This document shows positions 41,556 through 45,577 of a stretch of DNA of 45,577 bases, in pieces. Made by a program: the position numbers and the translations under genes. Origin of the DNA: Candidatus Woesearchaeota archaeon (lineage in GTDB: Archaea; Nanobdellota; Nanobdellia; Woesearchaeales; UBA12501); assembly GCA_013331695.1 (NCBI GenBank), contig DUFX01000036.1:1-45577 (forward strand), given 5' to 3'. Under the pieces are notes generated by a model that was not told the DNA's origin, did not search any database, and worked only from the letters and a program-made list of their open reading frames with translations. The number at the start of each line of letters is the position of its first letter. The stretch's first letter is position 1.

Positions 41556-42899
41556 CTACGTCTTCTTGGTTTTATTAAGTTTCTGTTTGATCTTGCCTCT
41601 CTTACTTACAGGGTTCACCTGCCCTATCTTCTTCTTTCCACCCATATACTTCTGGAGGGGGGCTGGAATCGCAACACTGCCATCAAGATTCTGGAAATTC
41701 TCCAGAATTGCAGCAAGCAAGCGTGAGGTTGCGACACAGGTTGAGTTGAGGCTGTGTGGGGTAATCTTTGTTCCTTCAGGCCCCAAGTAGCGTATCTTCA
41801 AGCGCCGTGCTTGATAATCCGTGCAGTTGGATGCAGAAACCACTTCCCGATATGCCTGCTGAACCGGCATCCAGCATTCAAGATCATATTTCTTTGCAGC
41901 GATCGTTCCGATGTCTCCTGTGCAGACACTGACTTGCCTGAAATGCAAACCCAGACTTGCGAAAAATTCGATCGCATTCTTGGTTACTTCTTCATGATAC
42001 TTCCACGAATCCTGCGGTTTACAAATAATAATTTGCTCGACTTTGTTGAACTGGTGCCCCCTAAAGATTCCTTTGGTGTCTTTTCCATGTGCTCCTGCTT
42101 CTTTTCGGAAACACGTGCTGATGCCAACGAGTTTGATAGGAAAATCTTCTTCTTTCAAAATTTCGTCCATGAACATGCCGATTAAGGGATGTTCGGATGT
42201 TGCAATCAGATACAAGTCTTCGCCTTCAATCTTGTAAATGGCATCGTTGAAAGTAGCAAGATCGGTAACGCCGTCATACACTTTTTTCATCATCATATAC
42301 GGGGGCTGAAGAAGTGTGTACTCTTTTTTGAGCATGAAGTCAACAGCATAGTGCTGGATCGCAAGTTCGAGCTGCGCAAGTTCTCCTTTAAGGAACCAGA
42401 AGCGGTTGCCTGCAATCTTTGAGGCCCGGTCAAGATCAGCAAACTGTTTTTCCTGCAGAAGATCCACGTGGCTTTTGGGATGGAATCCTTTGGGAAACTT
42501 CGGAGCCTTTCCAAACTTTTTGATGACCTTGTTGTGTTCTTCGGTATCCCCAATCGGAACTGATTCGTGGAGCACATTGGGCAGATGCATCAATTTGTCA
42601 TTGACTTCTTTTTCAAGCACACGAATAAAGTCTTCTTTTTCCTGAACCCTTTTAGGAATTTCAGAAGCTTGTTTGAGGACAGCAGACGCGTCCTTTTTCT
42701 GCTTTTTGAGATCACTGATTTCCTGAGAAAGCTTGTTGCGCATGTGGCGAAGCTCATAGACCTGCTGAACAAGATTCTTCCACTCCGCGTCCTTTCTTCG
42801 TATTTCTTCAATCCAGGCAAGCTTATCCAGCTGATTTCTCTTTTCCAGATCTCTTTTGACCAGATCAGGATGATCGCGGATGAGATTGATGTCGAGCAT
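41556..42899 (-). CDS. serS: seryl-tRNA synthetase (class II) with a Lys-rich C-terminal tail
   Basis: N-terminal coiled-coil tRNA-binding arm. Class II motifs: FRKEAGAHGKDTKGIFRGHQFNKVE and GTIAAKKYDLECWMP...SNCTDYQARRL. The tail is GGKKKIGQVNPVSKRGKIKQKLNKTKKT. Confidence 0.95.
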   Translation of the reverse strand: MLDINLIRDHPDLVKRDLEKRNQLDKLAWIEEIRRKDAEWKNLVQQVYELRHMRNKLSQEISDLKKQKKDASAVLKQASEIPKRVQEKEDFIRVLEKEVNDKLMHLPNVLHESVPIGDTEEHNKVIKKFGKAPKFPKGFHPKSHVDLLQEKQFADLDRASKIAGNRFWFLKGELAQLELAIQHYAVDFMLKKEYTLLQPPYMMMKKVYDGVTDLATFNDAIYKIEGEDLYLIATSEHPLIGMFMDEILKEEDFPIKLVGISTCFRKEAGAHGKDTKGIFRGHQFNKVEQIIICKPQDSWKYHEEVTKNAIEFFASLGLHFRQVSVCTGDIGTIAAKKYDLECWMPVQQAYREVVSASNCTDYQARRLKIRYLGPEGTKITPHSLNSTCVATSRLLAAILENFQNLDGSVAIPAPLQKYMGGKKKIGQVNPVSKRGKIKQKLNKTKKT

Positions 42900-43053
42900 T
42901 CCTTGTTCTGAGGTTCGGCATTTTATAAAGGTTGTGGGGTTGTTTTATGGGTCTCTCTTAACCCTCTTTGTGCCACTAACGCCCAAACTTTTAAATACCC
43001 CTTGGAAATCCCTTTTTAAGTCAATGATGGATAGGGGATTACGGGGGGTTGTT

Positions 43054-43857
43054 ATGGATCGATTGGATGAACTGGAAGCAAAGAGCATCTATATCCTCAG
43101 AGAGGCCTATAAAAAGTTTGGAAAATTAGGCATCCTTTGGTCCATGGGCAAGGATTCTACGGTTCTGGTCTGGCTTGCAAAAAAAGCCTTTTTCGGCTCG
43201 GTTCCTTTTCCGGTTATTCATATTGATACAACCTTCAAATTTCCTCAAATGTATGCATTCAGAACCAGCCTTGCAAAGGAATGGAATCTGAACTTAATGA
43301 TTGGAACAAATAAAGAAGCAATTTCGCGAGGAGTCAATTATCAAAACCACACTGCACTGCAAGTATGCGACGAATTGAAAACCCAAGCTCTCAGACAATT
43401 TGTTGACCAGCACAAATTTGAAGGACTTATTTTAGCCATTCGCGCGGATGAAGAAGGTTCGCGATCCAAAGAACGTTTCTTTAGCAGAAGAAATACTGAT
43501 TTTGAATGGAATTATGCAGAACAGCCTCCTGAATTATGGGATCAGTTTAACACCGGATTCAAAAAAGGAGAGCACATTCGCGTGCATCCTATTCTGCATT
43601 GGACCGAGCTTGATGTCTGGGAGTATATTCACAGAGAAAACATTCCGCTTGTTGATCTCTACTTTGCAAAAAATGGAAAACGCTACCGCAGTTTAGGTTG
43701 CATGCCGATTACATTTCCTATTAACTCTGATGCAGATACCGTTGATAAGATCATTGATGAACTCAAACACACCAAAACAGCTGAGCGGGAAGGAAGAGGG
43801 CAGGATAAAGAAGATCAGTATGCACTCCAAAAGCTCAGAGCAAAGGGGTATATGTGA
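43054..43857 (+). CDS. cysD: sulfate adenylyltransferase subunit 2 (CysD, PAPS-reductase fold)
   Basis: MDRLDELEAKSIYILREAYKKF...SMGKDSTVLVWLAKKAF...RADEEGSRSKERFFS...RYRSLGCMPIT...REGRGQDKE aligns by eye along the whole length of E. coli CysD. The start is chosen by that alignment. Other ATGs lie at 43024 and 43027. Confidence 0.9.
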   Translation: MDRLDELEAKSIYILREAYKKFGKLGILWSMGKDSTVLVWLAKKAFFGSVPFPVIHIDTTFKFPQMYAFRTSLAKEWNLNLMIGTNKEAISRGVNYQNHTALQVCDELKTQALRQFVDQHKFEGLILAIRADEEGSRSKERFFSRRNTDFEWNYAEQPPELWDQFNTGFKKGEHIRVHPILHWTELDVWEYIHRENIPLVDLYFAKNGKRYRSLGCMPITFPINSDADTVDKIIDELKHTKTAEREGRGQDKEDQYALQKLRAKGYM

Positions 43858-44621
43858 TGGGATCAGAAACAGAATCAAAAATAGAACCATGCGATGCGCG
43901 TGTCATCAACTTTTTACTGGGGACACGAAGATGCGGCACCAGTGTACTTGCAGCCATCCTCCACGAGTGCGGCGCAGACTTTGGGGCAGTCAGAACAACA
44001 CCTGAATATCATCGCTCAGGATATATGGAAGATTCTCGCATTGGAAAAGCAGAGAGCTACTTTAGAAAATATTATGAACTCAGAAAAACGTTTCCTTTTC
44101 TTCCGGTGTGCTGTATCAACGGGATGAGAAAACGTGCCATCTCTATTTTCAAAACAGCAGTGCAGGACAATCGTGCATGGGTGAAGAACGGCGCTCTTAT
44201 TTCCTGTTTAGCAGATCTCCAAAACTCACTGCAGTTCCAGCCAAAAGTTCTTGGCATTGTGCGTCATCCTGTGGAAAATGTAGCAAGCTTTTCGAACAGC
44301 AAGGGAGTCTTCGGCATGGAAAGCGACGTCAGCACCATGTTTCAGCGCTATTACGACAGCAATCAAAAACTCCTGTTGCACATCGAAAACTATGGCGGCT
44401 GTCTGATCTCCTTTCACGATCTGACTAATAGAAAAAAGACCAACTGGGCAGATACGATTGTAAAGGCCTTTCCTCAATTCAAAAAACACGATCTGATCAA
44501 GGCAAGAGGCAAGCTGGTTGATCAACGAAGCAGGAATCTTGGAAAACAACAGATCATCTATCTTCCTGAAGAATATCAGCAATTCTGGAATTTCTTGCAG
44601 GAAAAAACAGGATCGAAATGA
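43857..44621 (+). CDS. sulfotransferase-family protein (putative PAPS-dependent)
   Basis: VINFLLGTRRCGTSVLAAIL resembles the 5'-phosphosulfate-binding loop (xRxGT[ST]) of sulfotransferases. Size is ~250 aa. Its ATG overlaps the cysD stop (TGATG), and it sits between cysD and cysN. Confidence 0.6.
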   Translation: MGSETESKIEPCDARVINFLLGTRRCGTSVLAAILHECGADFGAVRTTPEYHRSGYMEDSRIGKAESYFRKYYELRKTFPFLPVCCINGMRKRAISIFKTAVQDNRAWVKNGALISCLADLQNSLQFQPKVLGIVRHPVENVASFSNSKGVFGMESDVSTMFQRYYDSNQKLLLHIENYGGCLISFHDLTNRKKTNWADTIVKAFPQFKKHDLIKARGKLVDQRSRNLGKQQIIYLPEEYQQFWNFLQEKTGSK

Positions 44622-44657
44622 TGAAACCATCACGAAACAAACAACCATGAAACAACC

Positions 44658-45577
44658 ATGAAACAAACAGACAAACAGACAACCAATCCCCAATCCATCA
44701 AACTGGTCTTTGTTGGCAATGTTGACCACGGCAAGTCTACCTTAATCGGAAGACTTCTCGAAGGAACCAACACTCTGCCGGAAAGTGCAGTCCAAAAAGT
44801 AAAAAAATTCTGTGATCAGCAAGGAAGACCATTTGAACACGCTTTTTTGCTGGATGCACTCCAAGAAGAACAAGAACAAGGGATTACGATTGATATCACC
44901 AAAATTGAGTTCTCAACCGGCAAGGGTGAAGAGGATCGGCATTTCACGATTATTGATGCTCCGGGCCACAAAGAATTTTTGAAAAATATGATCAGCGGAT
45001 CTGCACAGGCAGAAGCAGCCATTCTTTTGGTTGACGCGCAAGAAGGCCTTGGCGACCAGACTCGGAAGCATGCCTATCTCCTTTCGCTTCTCGGCATCTC
45101 GCAAATCTTTGTGATGATCAATAAAATGGATCTTGTCCACTTCTCACAGGAGCGCTTCAATCAGCTCAAAGAAGAGCTTGCTACCTACTTGCATCGCATC
45201 AAGCTTTCTGCCAAGTGTTACATCCCTATTTCAGCGAAATGTGGTGACAACGTCATTACGGTCTCCAACGCCATGCCTTGGTACACCGGAAAAACTGTTC
45301 TCGCCTCGCTTCGTGAGTTTGAAAAACCGAAAGATCTCCAGGAAAAGCCCCTTCGTTTTCCGATTCAAGACGTCTATAAATTCGATCACCGCAGAATTCT
45401 TGCTGGAAGAATTGAATCAGGAAGTATCAGCGTTGGTGATTCAATCCTTTTTCTGCCTTCTCAAAAGCGGTCAAAAGTAAAATCACTTGAATATCTCCAA
45501 GAAAAAGATCGAAAGAAAAAAGAAGTTGCAGGCCATGTTGTGGGTATCACGATTGAAGACGAGTTTTATTTCAAGCG
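44658..45577 (+). CDS. cysN: sulfate adenylyltransferase subunit 1 (CysN GTPase), 3' end beyond the window edge
   Basis: Absent from the ORF track because it is open at the window end. Hand translation: MKQTDKQTTNPQSIKLVFVGNVDHGKSTLIGRLL...LLDALQEEQEQGITID...IIDAPGHKEFLKNMISG...MINKMD...ISAKCGDNV...FPIQDVYKFD. G1-G4 motifs and CysN-specific contexts are present. Confidence 0.9.
   Translation, partial: MKQTDKQTTNPQSIKLVFVGNVDHGKSTLIGRLLEGTNTLPESAVQKVKKFCDQQGRPFEHAFLLDALQEEQEQGITIDITKIEFSTGKGEEDRHFTIIDAPGHKEFLKNMISGSAQAEAAILLVDAQEGLGDQTRKHAYLLSLLGISQIFVMINKMDLVHFSQERFNQLKEELATYLHRIKLSAKCYIPISAKCGDNVITVSNAMPWYTGKTVLASLREFEKPKDLQEKPLRFPIQDVYKFDHRRILAGRIESGSISVGDSILFLPSQKRSKVKSLEYLQEKDRKKKEVAGHVVGITIEDEFYFK

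Noticed and set aside
42880-43053. 58-codon upstream extension of cysD in the track ORF.
   Set aside because: The E. coli CysD N-terminus aligns with MDRLDELEAKS at 43054. The extension overlaps the serS start region and a TATA-like TTTTAAATA at ~42992.
44621-44670. Short direct repeat CCATGAAACAA x2 and ACAGACAA x2 at the sulfotransferase/cysN junction.
   Set aside because: It is only about 10 nt long and lies in the spacer and first codons of cysN. It is most simply low-complexity sequence around the start codon.
44226-44729. 167-aa minus-strand ORF.
   Set aside because: It lies antisense to the sulfotransferase gene and the cysN start. It has no promoter or motif support.
1-45577. Searched for CRISPR arrays, rRNA genes, transposases/integrases, inteins and recoded stop codons.
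   Set aside because: I found no regularly spaced repeat-spacer array, no rRNA-like conserved tracts, no DDE, tyrosine or serine recombinase motifs, and no oversized housekeeping genes. All confident genes are intact under the standard code.

Overview
The window is a 45.6-kb stretch of a small archaeal genome. The evidence is TTTATATA/TTTAAATA TATA boxes 20-30 nt upstream of many start codons (mostly leaderless), Orc1/Cdc6, an A1:U72 initiator tRNA, intron-containing tRNAs, archaeal-type uS15 and archaeal-type NMN adenylyltransferase. The many Cys-rich surface proteins and the compact gene spacing are consistent with a DPANN-like lineage, but I cannot confirm that from sequence alone. I call about 40 protein genes, 3 tRNAs (two with introns) and no rRNA, CRISPR array, transposase or integrase.

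Layout:
- 1-6.4 kb (minus strand): an RHH regulator, a membrane protein, and a secreted protein of more than 1660 aa that runs off the window and is absent from the ORF track.
- 6.4-8 kb: an AT-rich islet of small winged-helix (wHTH) regulators plus a VapBC toxin-antitoxin pair.
- 8-11.3 kb: HAD hydrolase, SppA, an ArsR-like regulator, and a compositionally foreign stand-alone RelA/SpoT-domain gene.
- 11.5-17.9 kb: an expanded Hsp70 operon, grpE-ykgJ-CYTH-dnaK-(MazG-HAD fusion)-dnaJ.
- 18-23 kb: tandem phosphoribosyltransferase (PRTase), NMNAT, a JAMM-like protein, a transglutaminase-like protein and a parvulin.
- 23.0-23.3 kb: tRNA-Ser with an intron, plus unexplained duplicated tRNA 3' ends.
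- 23.6-29.9 kb: two overlapping giant Cys-rich surface proteins with internal identical repeats.
- 29.9-33.7 kb: dus, an HPF-like gene and tRNA-iMet, then a 750-bp densely structured non-coding region that abuts orc1/cdc6.
- 33.7-42.9 kb: surface and regulatory genes, uS15, an HtrA-like protease, a two-component system, tRNA-Gln with a T-arm intron, and serS.
- 43-45.6 kb: cysD-sulfotransferase-cysN.

The most interesting items are:
- the RelA/SpoT island next to a chaperone operon that carries CYTH and MazG-HAD inserts;
- the modular Cys-rich surface-protein pair;
- the five-hairpin GC-rich element and possible origin next to orc1/cdc6;
- the non-canonical or fragmentary tRNA features;
- the sulfate-activation/sulfotransferase cassette.

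All functional calls rest on motif recognition by eye. No database search was run.
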